Assembly: GCA_016934875.1 (NCBI GenBank)
Contig: JAFGSC010000277.1
Location: forward strand, 1 to 38,492
Direction: 5' to 3'
DNA from: Candidatus Atribacteria bacterium
Lineage (GTDB): Bacteria; Atribacterota; Phoenicimicrobiia; Phoenicimicrobiales; Stramentimicrobiaceae
DNA length: 38,492 nt
Shown here in pieces: positions 26,622 to 35,819 of the stretch (position 1 is the first letter of the stretch; each line of letters starts with the position of its first letter). A model generated the notes under the pieces. That model was not told the origin of the DNA. It saw only the letters and a program-made list of their open reading frames with translations, and did no database searches. A program made the position numbers and the translations under genes.

Positions 26622-27881
26622 TTAAATTTTTCTGGGAATTATCATTTTTTCAATTAAATAATATATAGCAATTAATATAATAATAAAATTAACAGGAACC
26701 CGATACCGTTCCAATGGCCAAACCATAAATGCATGTAATAGACTGTGCACTAATGGTATGGACAATAACCATATTAATATAATATTTCTTTCTCTGAATA
26801 TCCTTACAGCACCTAATATAAAAAAAGGCAAAAATATTCCATAAAACAATAACCCGGCAAGATTATGAGTGAGTGACCATTTTTGAAAACGATAACCATA
26901 TTGAATGTAAGTGGGTTTGAAATAAGTAGGTTGCCAATAATTAACAAAAGCCCTTATTTTACTTTCGGTCTTATTATATAATCTTGGGGTTATGCCATAT
27001 TTCTTTCCCTGTTTTAAAGAATTTTCAAGATATCTTTCTTTATGCTTTATTTGCCCTTCTTCACCTTCAAAGGCTAAACTACTAATATTTGTTCCCCATA
27101 TTTTTGAAGTAAATGCAGTTGTGCGAGGTGATAATATTACAATTTCGTTATATGCTTTATAGTTTCTTAGAGTCCATGGTATCATTAGAAGTAAAATTAA
27201 ACCCACCAGCATTGCGACACTAATAAGGCTGTTTCTGTTAAATACAAACTTATTAACCCGCAAAAATGGAATTACAATTAAGAATGGAATAAGAAAAATA
27301 TATCTCTCATCGGTATGAATTAAAAGAATAAATACAATTCCGCACAATAATAAATAATAAATATTTTGTTTATTATAATACTTAAGAATGAGATAAATTA
27401 AAAGAATAATTAAAAAACAGATCGTTGGTTCTTTCAGAATGTGAGGTAAGTATTTATAATAATCAATATACAGTATTCCCCAGAGAGAGATGAAAGCACC
27501 TAAATACTTATTTAGTAATATTTTACCTATCCAAAATAAAAATACTATCGAAATAGAAGAAACAAACACATTATAGATAAAAAAAGGCCAATAGGTATCA
27601 CCAAATATTAGGTTAAACAAAGCTATAAAAATTGGAATCAGAGGCCCGACAATAAAATGCGGCCTATCTTCACTATATACAGGATAAAAATTTCCTGCAG
27701 CAATTGACTTACCATAAAACAAATACTCCCAGTCATCAGCCCATTTTTCGGTTCCGGAATTTTCCCATGTATATATTACATATATAGTTCTAAGAATAAA
27801 AGTTAGAATGAATAAAAAAAAATATATATATTTTTCTTTTATTGTTAGGTAGTTCTGAATTCTTTCAATAAAACTTTTCAT
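26622..27881 (-). CDS. GT-C fold glycosyltransferase (ArnT/PMT family 39-like)
   Basis: 419-aa polytopic membrane ORF. The first loop carries the acidic motif EKWADDWEY. Confidence 0.6.
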   Translation of the reverse strand: MKSFIERIQNYLTIKEKYIYFFLFILTFILRTIYVIYTWENSGTEKWADDWEYLFYGKSIAAGNFYPVYSEDRPHFIVGPLIPIFIALFNLIFGDTYWPFFIYNVFVSSISIVFLFWIGKILLNKYLGAFISLWGILYIDYYKYLPHILKEPTICFLIILLIYLILKYYNKQNIYYLLLCGIVFILLIHTDERYIFLIPFLIVIPFLRVNKFVFNRNSLISVAMLVGLILLLMIPWTLRNYKAYNEIVILSPRTTAFTSKIWGTNISSLAFEGEEGQIKHKERYLENSLKQGKKYGITPRLYNKTESKIRAFVNYWQPTYFKPTYIQYGYRFQKWSLTHNLAGLLFYGIFLPFFILGAVRIFRERNIILIWLLSIPLVHSLLHAFMVWPLERYRVPVNFIIILIAIYYLIEKMIIPRKI

Positions 27882-27923
27882 ATAAGATATACTTAGTATA
27901 TGACAGATTTCAAAATTAAAAAT

Positions 27924-28481
27924 TTATCGAGTTCTTACAACTTTACATGGTATTCCATAAGCTACTGAATATGGAGGTATATTTCTGGTCACAATTGAAC
28001 CAGAACCAATAACAGAACCTTTGCCAATCCTAACGCCCTTATTTATTACAACATTTGCTCCAATCCAAACATCGTTTTCAATAATAATCCTACCTGCAAT
28101 ATATGCTTGTTTTCTTATTGGAATTTCTTTTTTTGAATATTCATGATCAACAGTATTAAAAATGACATATGGGGCAATTCGGACATCATTCCCAATGCTA
28201 ATTCCTCCACTTCCATCAATAATACAATTCTGATTTATTGTTGTGTTTTTTCCAATTTCAATTTTCCAAGGAAACCAAAAAGTTACACCTTCTGAAATGG
28301 ATTTACTTCGAATTTTTTTTACAAAAAAAACAAGGACGGCATAACGTATATAATTCATCAATGGGAAAGAAAAATATTTAACAAATGAATATAAAGCCTG
28401 AAAAATACCCTGTAAAACATAATTTTTCAAACTATACATTTCTTTTCTACTAATAGTAAAAAAATCTTTTGAGTCATCCAT
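27924..28481 (-). CDS. Hexapeptide-repeat (left-handed beta-helix) O-acetyltransferase, WcaF/LacA-like
   Basis: 185-aa ORF with IGNDVRIAPYVIF...IENDVWIGANVVINKGVRIGKGSVIGSGSIV. Confidence 0.85.
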   Translation of the reverse strand: MDDSKDFFTISRKEMYSLKNYVLQGIFQALYSFVKYFSFPLMNYIRYAVLVFFVKKIRSKSISEGVTFWFPWKIEIGKNTTINQNCIIDGSGGISIGNDVRIAPYVIFNTVDHEYSKKEIPIRKQAYIAGRIIIENDVWIGANVVINKGVRIGKGSVIGSGSIVTRNIPPYSVAYGIPCKVVRTR

Positions 28482-28482
28482 T

Positions 28483-29775
28483 TTAAATATTGATGTTTAT
28501 TGTATTAAATGTAAATTTTTTAAGTAAAAACATCTGAACTACAAAGGTAAGTGAAGTAGCCAAAGCAGAACCAATAATACCAAGTACAGGAATCAAGACT
28601 AGATTTAAGATAAGATTTGTTATGAAAACAATTAATAAAAAAATTGATTGCATTCTTGGTTTACCAACCTGATTGAATATCATCTGAAAAGGAATATATC
28701 CCGAACTCAAAATACAACCTATAGTAAGTATCGAAAAAACCAGATAATTAAGCCAAAAGAAATCAAAAATCTTAAATACATAGAGAAAAACCGGATATAT
28801 TAAAATTGCAATTATACCAATAACAATAAAAAATTTGTAAAAATTCTTTAAATATCTTTTTATAAGTATTTCTAAATCAATTGAGCTTTTATTATAAAAA
28901 GCATCTGTAATTAAAGGATTTATATTGGTGCGAAATACATAAAACAGTTGTAGTAATCCATCAACTATAAATGCAGCAAAACTATAAATGCCCACGATTT
29001 TATCATGTAAAAAAATCCCTAAAATAATAACATCAACTTTAGAGTTTAAGTCTAAAACAATATGACCTAAAGCTGCATTACTTCCAAAACGAAAATGTAT
29101 TTTGCAAAAAAGAAAAAAACGTTTTAATGTTGAAAATCCAAAACTTTTGTAAGTTTTAATTAAAAGTAACCCAAATAAGAGTAATTCTGGAATAGAGAAA
29201 ATGGAAGTGATAAATTTTGGTTGCAGTTCAACTATTATAATCGTTATTAAAAGTAATAGCATAAATAAAAACCTCAGAAAATTAAAAATTGCATAAGCAA
29301 TCATTTTCCGCATTCCATTTAAATATGACAATAATAACTTATTTAAAGAGAAAAGAAATAACCCCGGAACAGCATAAATAAAACCCTCAGAAACGGATTC
29401 ACTATTAAAAATTCTTCCAGGGATTTTATTAAAAAAAAAGACAACAACAGTGATAAAAAAAGAAAAAATAAATGTTGTGGTAAAAGCAGATGTAAGAATT
29501 AATTTTGTATGCTTGCTGATATTTGAAAATTGTGGTATAAACTTTTGAACAGATAAATGCAGTCCCCATGTTGAAATCTGTGAAAGAAAAATAAACACTG
29601 CATATACCTGATTAAAAAAGCCCAATGTTGCTGAGTCATAAAAATTAATAATTATTATATTAAAGAGTACACCAATAATGCCACAAAGTGAAAAACTCCC
29701 TAAATTCCATAATAAATCAACATTAAATTTGCTGCCGAAAAGAATTTCTTTATATTTATTTATTAATGAATTCAA
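28483..29775 (-). CDS. Second oligosaccharide flippase-like protein (Wzx/MOP)
   Basis: 430-aa polytopic membrane ORF. It overlaps the upstream gene by 4 nt. Confidence 0.65.
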   Translation of the reverse strand: MNSLINKYKEILFGSKFNVDLLWNLGSFSLCGIIGVLFNIIIINFYDSATLGFFNQVYAVFIFLSQISTWGLHLSVQKFIPQFSNISKHTKLILTSAFTTTFIFSFFITVVVFFFNKIPGRIFNSESVSEGFIYAVPGLFLFSLNKLLLSYLNGMRKMIAYAIFNFLRFLFMLLLLITIIIVELQPKFITSIFSIPELLLFGLLLIKTYKSFGFSTLKRFFLFCKIHFRFGSNAALGHIVLDLNSKVDVIILGIFLHDKIVGIYSFAAFIVDGLLQLFYVFRTNINPLITDAFYNKSSIDLEILIKRYLKNFYKFFIVIGIIAILIYPVFLYVFKIFDFFWLNYLVFSILTIGCILSSGYIPFQMIFNQVGKPRMQSIFLLIVFITNLILNLVLIPVLGIIGSALATSLTFVVQMFLLKKFTFNTININI

Positions 29776-31766
29776 TCTATTAGATATATTTTTTTTATGG
29801 AATTAATGATATTGATCGCGAAATCAAAATCTACTCCAATTGTATTACAATACCAATGAATCGAATCCCACCTTGGTTTATTCTCATTAATTGAAAGTAA
29901 TAGAGCGGTTTCTCTTGTCATATCTCCTTCACGAATTTGGTTACTTCTAAAAGTATCGTTTTCGGTAAAACCGGCAACCATATAATAAATATAATTGTAA
30001 AAAGCAGCTGTCCCATCACCAATACGCCAAGTGGTTTTTGTACCTGGATCGGTTTCCCAATCATAATTTTTAAATAATGTATCGGTAATAATATTTTCAT
30101 CCCACTTAATGTAATCGTAAATATTTAAGTTATTGTGTTTAATAAGGTAATACGATTTAAATGCGTCAAGTGTATCAAAAAGTGAAGAATTCAAATAGGC
30201 AGGATTTTTAATATATTGGCTCCCATAAAAAATCATCATTTTTATTTTATTAATTGCGGAAAGGGTATAGGTATGCCCTTTTTCAAAAATGGGTGATAAT
30301 CCGCAGAATCCTGATTTGAAATTAGTTGTTTCCAGTAGATTTTCACCTAAAATGGACAATGAAAGATTGTTTTGTTTCATTAACAGGTTTGCATAATAAA
30401 AATATTGTTTATCCCCTGCCATAAAAAGCGGTATGGTACCTAAATTTGGATTTTTAAGCCAGGCTAACACATTCTTTCGAATATTTTTTCTTTTTTTCCT
30501 GATATCTGCTGAAATAAGTATATGTTCAACTCCCAAACTACCACACATTCTTGCCTGGTTTCTTCTTGCTAGATCGGTAATCATTCCCCAATCGTATGAA
30601 AAAGCAATGGGTTTTAATCCCAGTTCTTTTACGACATAATGTAAGGCATAACTACTATCACGCCCTCCGCTAAATGGCATTAAACATTCCGGTTCGCCAT
30701 TACTTTTTCTGTATTTGTCAATACTTTTAACTAATGAATCTTTGCCTCTGAAATTAATTTTGTGGTAATTGTTACAATAATTGCATACACCGTTATCATC
30801 AAATTCAATAAAAGGAAAACTCTCCGGTAAAATGCATTTTGTACACTTTTTAATATTATTAATTTCTGCTTTTCTTTTTTCATATTCATCAATATATAAT
30901 GAATCTACTTTTTCGGTAAAGTAATCCAAGGAAGTATTTAAATAAGGTTTATTATTGATCTTTTTGTCTTTTAAGTTTACTATTTCATTTTTTATAGGAT
31001 ATGTTTCAATATTTGATAAAGGAGTTCCAATTTCACCTAATTGAGCTTGAAATAGATTTAGATTAATACTTAAAAGACTATCAGGTTTTAATTGTACTAT
31101 TTCATTTATTAAATAAGCTTTTTTATGCTTTTGTAAAAGCTTTTTTAATATAAAATTTTCTGATGCAAAAACAAAAAAATCATTATTCAAATCATTTACA
31201 TAATATATTGAACCATTATTAGTAGCTAATATTAGATTATTATATTTTTCTGATATTAAGGCAATGTTTGTCATTCCATAAATTTCATTAAAAAGAAACT
31301 TAATAGCATCGCCTAAACTATTTCCTTCTGAAATTTTATTATCTAATATAGTTGGTATTAATTCAGTATCAAGCTCAGATATTCTATTTGCAATGCTGTA
31401 TTTTTTCCATAATTCATGATAATTAACAATTATTCCATTATGAATTACTATCATTCCGTGTTTAATAATTGGCTGGTTATTAATGTCGTATTGTTCATAT
31501 CCGTTAGTAACTAAACGGGAATGACCAATTCCAAAAAACTGTTTTTCAAATTTATTTTTTAAATTAAGTACCTCATTTTTAAATATATCATTTCTTACTA
31601 AATTACTTGCAGGGTAGGGTGTTTTATATACTTTAATCACATCTTGATCCCTAATGGCAAATCCCGCAGCCTCTTTACCCCGTGATTCTGATAATAAAAA
31701 AAGTGAACGAAATATTTTACCCGAATTCTCAGCGTTATTATTTATTAATCCAAATATACCACACAT
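29772..31766 (-). CDS. Fusion protein: class-II (Ntn) glutamine amidotransferase domain plus Zn-ribbon/PP-loop N-acetyl-sugar amidotransferase domain (WbuX/LfnA/PseA-like)
   Basis: 664-aa ORF. The N-terminus has MCGIFG, GHSRLVTNG, NNQP and HNGIIVN. The middle has CTKCILPESFPFIEFDDNGVCNYCNNY followed by the PP-loop LMPFSGGRDSSYALHY. Confidence 0.7.
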   Translation of the reverse strand: MCGIFGLINNNAENSGKIFRSLFLLSESRGKEAAGFAIRDQDVIKVYKTPYPASNLVRNDIFKNEVLNLKNKFEKQFFGIGHSRLVTNGYEQYDINNQPIIKHGMIVIHNGIIVNYHELWKKYSIANRISELDTELIPTILDNKISEGNSLGDAIKFLFNEIYGMTNIALISEKYNNLILATNNGSIYYVNDLNNDFFVFASENFILKKLLQKHKKAYLINEIVQLKPDSLLSINLNLFQAQLGEIGTPLSNIETYPIKNEIVNLKDKKINNKPYLNTSLDYFTEKVDSLYIDEYEKRKAEINNIKKCTKCILPESFPFIEFDDNGVCNYCNNYHKINFRGKDSLVKSIDKYRKSNGEPECLMPFSGGRDSSYALHYVVKELGLKPIAFSYDWGMITDLARRNQARMCGSLGVEHILISADIRKKRKNIRKNVLAWLKNPNLGTIPLFMAGDKQYFYYANLLMKQNNLSLSILGENLLETTNFKSGFCGLSPIFEKGHTYTLSAINKIKMMIFYGSQYIKNPAYLNSSLFDTLDAFKSYYLIKHNNLNIYDYIKWDENIITDTLFKNYDWETDPGTKTTWRIGDGTAAFYNYIYYMVAGFTENDTFRSNQIREGDMTRETALLLSINENKPRWDSIHWYCNTIGVDFDFAINIINSIKKIYLID

Positions 31767-31771
31767 AGATT

Positions 31772-32719
31772 TTAACTTTTTCTTTTATTATAATCCATAT
31801 CCATCCATATTGCAAATAATACTGATTGAAAAGTGATTAAGGTAGTAAAAACTAAAATTATAAGGGTAGTTTTTGGAGCTTCGCCCTCACTTTTATATAA
31901 AACAAAAAATCTAACGATCAACGGAATAATTATTGCAATTATGTTAAAAATAGAGAAGAGATAAAACAATATTAGAGGGTGAAAATCAAGTATTACATAT
32001 CTCCGCCATAGTCTTCTAAAAAACAAACGTATTAATAAGAAAGTAGATTTAAATATATACTTTAAAAGCTTAATTTTACTTTTTTCATCTCCATAAACAG
32101 GCCGTATTTCCTGGTCAGTAACTTTAAACCCTTGTATATTAAGCATACATAAAATATCGGCATTATACCCATACCCTTTTGTCATTTTTTCGATTGGAAT
32201 CTTTTTTAAAACTGAATTTTTTATAGCTGTATATCCACTTTGAGGATCCATAAGAAAAAAGTAGCCAGTCGCAAATTTGGTAAGAATAGTAAGAATGGCA
32301 TTTCCAATTAATCTATAACGAGGCATCGAAGTTTTTACCTCTGAATGTAATAATCTGTTTCCCTTTACATAGTCAAATCCTTCATCAATTATCCTATCTA
32401 ATAAATTTGGTAGATCATTTGGGTCCATTTGATTATCCCCTGCCATTATAACAGTTATATCTGCATCACTTTCTTTACTTGTTAAATACCCATCAATGAG
32501 TGATTGTCCAAGTCCTTTATTAGTTTCATGGTTTATAACTATTATCCTTTTTTGAATTCCCTGCAATTTTAAAATTCTTTCATAAGTATCATCAGTGCTC
32601 CCATCGTGAACCACAAAGACAATATCCACGAATTCTGGAATTCCATTCAAGGTTAACTCAATAAGTTTTCCTTCATTATAAGCCGGGATTACTACTGCTA
32701 TTTTGTTTTCTTTATACAT
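31772..32719 (-). CDS. GT2 polyprenyl-phosphate glycosyltransferase (GtrB/ArnC-like) with C-terminal TM helices
   Basis: VVIPAYNEG, HDGSTDDT, AGDNQMDP and two C-terminal hydrophobic spans. The preferred start is the ATG at 32719 (MYKENKIAVVIPAYNE), which overlaps the upstream stop by 8 nt. The longest ORF would start at 32755. Confidence 0.8.
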   Translation of the reverse strand: MYKENKIAVVIPAYNEGKLIELTLNGIPEFVDIVFVVHDGSTDDTYERILKLQGIQKRIIVINHETNKGLGQSLIDGYLTSKESDADITVIMAGDNQMDPNDLPNLLDRIIDEGFDYVKGNRLLHSEVKTSMPRYRLIGNAILTILTKFATGYFFLMDPQSGYTAIKNSVLKKIPIEKMTKGYGYNADILCMLNIQGFKVTDQEIRPVYGDEKSKIKLLKYIFKSTFLLIRLFFRRLWRRYVILDFHPLILFYLFSIFNIIAIIIPLIVRFFVLYKSEGEAPKTTLIILVFTTLITFQSVLFAIWMDMDYNKRKS

Positions 32720-33692
32720 TTTTCGTGTATGTAAAATAATTTTTTGCCCATTCAATAGTTTTCTCCAAACCCAATTTAAAATCTGTAATGAAATCTAAAT
32801 TTAATTCATTTATAATTTTGGTGTTATCAATATCAAATATCTTAATATCACCGGGCATCCAATCTTTATATATGATTTCAGGGTCATTAACATTCAATAA
32901 TTCAGCAATGTTGTCAACCAATTCCCTAATTGTAACTTTAATACCTGATGCACAATTATAAACTTGACCATTTGATTTTTCATTTGAAGCGGCTTGGATA
33001 TTAGCTTTAACAACATCTTTAACATAGGTAAAAGAACGCTGTTGTGTACCATCACCAAAGATGGTTAAGGGCTCTTTTTCGAGTAATTTTCTTGTAAAAA
33101 TAGACACAACACCTCCAACGTCACTCGATTCCTGTCTGGGACCATATACATGAAAGTATCTTATTACAGTTGTGTTCAGCCCATAGAGATGGTTAAATGC
33201 TTTAACATATTTTTCCCCTGCAAGTTTACTTACTCCATAATAGGAGGTTGGAATCAAAGGATGATTTTCATCTTGTGGAAAATAAAGCGCTTCGCCATAC
33301 ACTGAACCGGTTGATGCATGTACAAATTTCTTTATTTTATGTTTAACAGCTAATTCTAAAAGATTAAATGTACCTTTTGCGTTAATATCTAAATCTAATC
33401 TTGGATTATTCAAACATATAGTTTTTTTCGATGCAGCTTGATGAAAAACTACATCAACATCTTTGAATAGCTCATCTAAACATTCATAATCTAAAACATC
33501 ACATTTTATCTCAGTAAAATTAGGATATGTTTTTAAATGTGCCAGATTCTCTTTTTTCCCTGCAAAATAATTATCAACACTAATTGTATCTACACCTATT
33601 TTTACAAGTTCTTCAGTAATATGACTACCAATAAATCCTGCACCTCCAGTAACTATTGCCTTTTTATAAGGCAGTTTTTCATTATTACTCAT
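32712..33692 (-). CDS. NAD-dependent epimerase/dehydratase (extended SDR)
   Basis: 326-aa ORF with TGGAGFIGSH and YGVSK (YxxxK). Confidence 0.8.
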   Translation of the reverse strand: MSNNEKLPYKKAIVTGGAGFIGSHITEELVKIGVDTISVDNYFAGKKENLAHLKTYPNFTEIKCDVLDYECLDELFKDVDVVFHQAASKKTICLNNPRLDLDINAKGTFNLLELAVKHKIKKFVHASTGSVYGEALYFPQDENHPLIPTSYYGVSKLAGEKYVKAFNHLYGLNTTVIRYFHVYGPRQESSDVGGVVSIFTRKLLEKEPLTIFGDGTQQRSFTYVKDVVKANIQAASNEKSNGQVYNCASGIKVTIRELVDNIAELLNVNDPEIIYKDWMPGDIKIFDIDNTKIINELNLDFITDFKLGLEKTIEWAKNYFTYTKNV

Positions 33693-34071
33693 TTGATTTT
33701 TTAATGTTAGTATTATAAAATTTTACATTTATAGTTTCAAGTACCCAGTTTTTAAAATCACCATTTAAAAAATATCAATAATCGCTCAATTGCTCTCCAC
33801 CTTTAAAAAATACCTGTTATAAACAAGTAAAATATTGTTGCAGTATCTAGCTGTATGCTCAAAAATTGATGTTTTCAAAAAAACTTATAACAATATATTT
33901 CTAAAAGTCTATAAATTTTAGACCTGGCATCCTGTGCTTTGGTTTGTTCAAAACTTCATAACTATATGACAGCCGTAGTCAGAATGGCTGACAGAATACC
34001 TAATAGACAAAATGTCTTATTCTTGATTATTTTTAGCGAATTTAGTCAAAAAATCTTCAATTATTAAAAAC

Positions 34072-35310
34072 TCATGTTATCCCATGCCACCTGTTCGATA
34101 AACCTGCCAGTCCCTGTATCAGTTTCAAAACCCTCCACGATGTATCGTTAATTGAATAATCTGCCACATTGTTATTGTATTTTCGTGACCTGTGTTCAGC
34201 AATGGCTGTTTCAATACTGTTTAAAACTACATCTTTGTTAAACCCTGTAAGAATAATAGTTCCGGCATCCTGTGCTTCGGGGCGTTCCATGGAGTTACGC
34301 AGCGAAATTGCCGGGAAGCTCAGAATAGCCGATTCCTCGCTGATGGTGCCGCTGTCGCTGATGGTGCAGGCAGCATGCATTTGGAGGGCTACGTAGTCGG
34401 TGAAGCCAAACGGTTTTAAGAACTGTATCATATGCTGTTGACTGCCGGGTTGTCCACCCCCTGCCCCCGCCAGCGGGGGACATTGTTCAGATTTGGCAGA
34501 CTGCTGACTACTATTTAGTTCTTCGATGCGTTTTAGGGTACGAGGATGGGTGGAGACAATTACCGGGTAATTATATTTTTCCACCAGTGATTCGAGTATA
34601 GCAAGTATGTTTTTCAGGTTCTCGGGATTGTCTACGTTTTCTTCGCGGTGGACGGAAACGATGAAATATTTACCGGGTATAAGTCCACCCCCTGCCCCCG
34701 CCAGCGGGGGACAGTTTTCAGCAAGATTAATATCTTTAAGGATAGTAGAGGTATCGATTTTGGGACGGTAATAATCCAATACTTCCTTCATGGGTGAACC
34801 GGTGAGGTAAATTCTTCTGTGGGGCAAGCCTTCGCTTAATAAGTGCCGGCGGGCATGCTCGGTATATACCAGGTTGAAATCGGCAATATGGTCTATAATA
34901 CGCCGGTTTATTTCTTCGGGTACATTAAAATCGAAACAGCGGTTACCTGCCTCCATATGAAAAATAGGTATATGCAATCTTTTGGCCATATATGCAGCCA
35001 GGCATGAATTTGTGTCACCCAGCACCAGCACAGCATCGGGCTTTTCTTTTTTAAGCACCTCTTCAGATTTGCGTATGATGTCGCCTACTGCGGCACCCAG
35101 CGATGAGGTGTCCACATTCAGAAAATAATCGGGTTTGCGTATTTCAAGATCCTTAAAAAAAATCTCGTTTAACTCGTAATCGTAGTTTTGCCCGGTATGT
35201 ACCAGAATATGGTTTGTATATTCATCCAGCCGCGCCATTACGCGCGAAAGACGTATGATTTCGGGGCGCGTGCCGAGGATTGTAAGGATTTTGAGTTTAT
35301 TTGTTTTCAT
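34072..35310 (-). CDS. fnlC: UDP-2-acetamido-2,6-dideoxy-L-talose 2-epimerase (FnlC/Cap5G/WbjD type, non-hydrolysing UDP-GlcNAc 2-epimerase family) carrying two in-frame repeat insertions
   Basis: 412-aa ORF with ILGTRPEIIRLS, LVLGDTNS, MEAGNRCFD..VPEEINRR, HREEN, STHPRT and ISDSGTISEE. It lies in context with fnlA and fnlB. Confidence 0.8.
   Translation of the reverse strand: MKTNKLKILTILGTRPEIIRLSRVMARLDEYTNHILVHTGQNYDYELNEIFFKDLEIRKPDYFLNVDTSSLGAAVGDIIRKSEEVLKKEKPDAVLVLGDTNSCLAAYMAKRLHIPIFHMEAGNRCFDFNVPEEINRRIIDHIADFNLVYTEHARRHLLSEGLPHRRIYLTGSPMKEVLDYYRPKIDTSTILKDINLAENCPPLAGAGGGLIPGKYFIVSVHREENVDNPENLKNILAILESLVEKYNYPVIVSTHPRTLKRIEELNSSQQSAKSEQCPPLAGAGGGQPGSQQHMIQFLKPFGFTDYVALQMHAACTISDSGTISEESAILSFPAISLRNSMERPEAQDAGTIILTGFNKDVVLNSIETAIAEHRSRKYNNNVADYSINDTSWRVLKLIQGLAGLSNRWHGIT
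34452..34482. repeat. 31-nt GC-rich palindromic unit inside the fnlC coding sequence (copy 1)
   Basis: GTCCACCCCCTGCCCCCGCCAGCGGGGGACA, identical to 34683-34713. It is translated as CPPLAGAGGG. Confidence 0.9.
34683..34713. repeat. 31-nt GC-rich palindromic unit inside the fnlC coding sequence (copy 2)
   Basis: Identical to 34452-34482. It is translated as CPPLAGAGGG. Confidence 0.9.
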
Positions 35311-35320
35311 AATTATGGTT

Positions 35321-35362
35321 CTCGCGGAGTCGCGCAGAGTTTGACGCAGAGTTCCACAGATT
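35321..35362. repeat. Inverted-repeat flank R of the GxxExxY cassette
   Basis: CTCGCGGAGTCGCGCAGAGTTTGACGCAGAGTTCCACAGATT is an imperfect reverse complement of 35769-35809. A paralogous copy lies at 35865-35898. Confidence 0.65.
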
Positions 35363-35383
35363 TAAATGCAAAGTAGTGCAAAT

Positions 35384-35761
35384 TTATAATTTATTCACGA
35401 TACGAACTATTCCATCTTTCATAGAGGAAACATTAAAATTCATAAGTAACCCAAGTTTTTTATCTGCCAGTTTTAAATAAGTAAGCAATTGTTTATGATG
35501 TACATCTAACAAAGTTTCAACGGATTTAATTTCAACAATTACCAAATCATTTATTAATAAATCTATGCGATAACCAATATCCATTTTAATGGTATCATAT
35601 ATCATAGGCAGTCCCACTTGTGTTTGAACTACCAAACCTTCCTTTTTAAGTTCATGTGCAAGCGCAACTTCATACGAAGATTCGAGTAAACCAGGTCCCA
35701 ACACAGTGTGGACTTTAAATGCGGCTCCTCTAATGGTATATGATAATTGATTTTCCTTCAT
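35384..35761 (-). CDS. GxxExxY protein (PD-(D/E)xK, PDDEXK_3/TIGR04256-like)
   Basis: 125-aa ORF with the GLLESSYEVAL (G-x-x-E-x-x-Y) and DLLINDLVIVEIKSV (D...E-x-K) motifs. Confidence 0.85.
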   Translation of the reverse strand: MKENQLSYTIRGAAFKVHTVLGPGLLESSYEVALAHELKKEGLVVQTQVGLPMIYDTIKMDIGYRIDLLINDLVIVEIKSVETLLDVHHKQLLTYLKLADKKLGLLMNFNVSSMKDGIVRIVNKL

Positions 35762-35768
35762 CTGTTTT

Positions 35769-35809
35769 CTGCGTCACTCAGCGGTTAACTCTCCGTGCCT
35801 CTGCGAGAG
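35769..35809. repeat. Inverted-repeat flank L of the GxxExxY cassette
   Basis: The sequence is CTGCGTCACTCAGCGGTTAACTCTCCGTGCCTCTGCGAGAG. Its reverse complement matches 35320-35353 at about 25 of 34 positions. Confidence 0.65.
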
Positions 35810-35819
35810 CTGCAAGGCA

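Noticed and set aside
33934-33950. 14-nt identity (GGCATCCTGTGCTT) between the intergenic region downstream of fnlC and fnlC itself (34265-34278). This could be a relic of a second epimerase gene.
   Set aside because: A 14-mer match is within chance expectation for a 38-kb self-comparison. The flanking translation shows no extended similarity to the epimerase family.
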